From IMG/VR virus record IMGVR_UViG_3300029288_000157: a stretch of DNA of 64,000 nt, one strand, 5' to 3'. Position 1 is the stretch's first letter; each line of letters opens with the position of its first letter. Both the position numbers and the translations under genes were made by a program. A model generated the notes under the pieces. It saw nothing but the letters and a program-made list of their open reading frames with translations, made no database searches and was not told where the DNA came from. The stretch is from an uncultured virus (IMG/VR IMGVR_UViG_3300029288_000157). Its lineage: Duplodnaviria; Heunggongvirae; Uroviricota; Caudoviricetes. This document shows positions 63,872-64,000 of this stretch, in pieces.

Positions 63872-64000
63872 TCACATATATGAGTCTCCCAAGACTAAAA
63901 AACTTTGCACGTCGTACTCGGGGAAGTTCAATGTGTGGCCGGTGCTGTCCTCAACAATGAACACGAACCGATACATGTCTGCAGTTGCGGTGTAGAGGGA
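63872..64000 (-). CDS. Partial hypothetical protein (5' end outside the window)
   Basis: Open frame ...YRFVFIVEDSTGHTLNFPEYDVQSFLVLGDSYM-stop. Confidence 0.45.
   Translation of the reverse strand, partial: SLYTATADMYRFVFIVEDSTGHTLNFPEYDVQSFLVLGDSYM

Noticed and set aside
1..64000. Diversity-generating retroelement, integrase, transposase, tRNA or rRNA genes
   Set aside because: I recognised no reverse transcriptase, TR/VR pair, recombinase, transposase or cloverleaf. The DUF2080-like gene alone does not define an IS.
1..64000. Alternative genetic code behind the many short ORFs
   Set aside because: Known enzymes are full-length under the standard code, all three stop codons end genes, and the short ORFs have their own RBS or overlapping start-stop junctions.

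Overview
This 64 kb window looks like part of a large dsDNA virus or extrachromosomal element of an archaeon, most likely a methanogen. The evidence is a PCNA-like clamp, a family B polymerase with a PIP box, an ERCC4 nuclease, an MCM-like ATPase, a methanogen-type ThyA, a DUF2080-like gene and TATA-box promoters. Nearly all real genes are on the + strand until about 63.5 kb. Layout: (1) 1-25 kb, a dense 'early-like' array of small hypothetical genes, including a stand-alone RuvB and a dTMP kinase; (2) 25.5-33 kb, a recombination/replication module (SSB-like, Sak4/AAA_24-like ATPase, Cas4-like nuclease, DHH phosphoesterase, intein-containing PolB); (3) 33-45 kb, more small genes (RNase HI, ASCH, Dam-like MTase, dCTP deaminase); (4) 45-53 kb, a glycosyltransferase, methyltransferase and radical-SAM cluster; (5) 54-63.5 kb, ThyA, PCNA, intein-containing class II RNR, DNA MTase, ERCC4 and MCM-like genes. 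The most striking unexplained signal is non-coding: about 20 dispersed purine/pyrimidine hairpin elements that I found only in the first 43.5 kb. Eight have a TNC triloop (GNA on the template strand), several with covarying stems. Seven sit inside a ~100 bp composite element (CGGYGTCAACAAA, hairpin, GTGCACAT, fixed 28-29 bp spacing to a TATA-like box) that also forms two inverted pairs bracketing small gene cassettes. All annotations come from reading motifs by eye; no database searches or counts were run.
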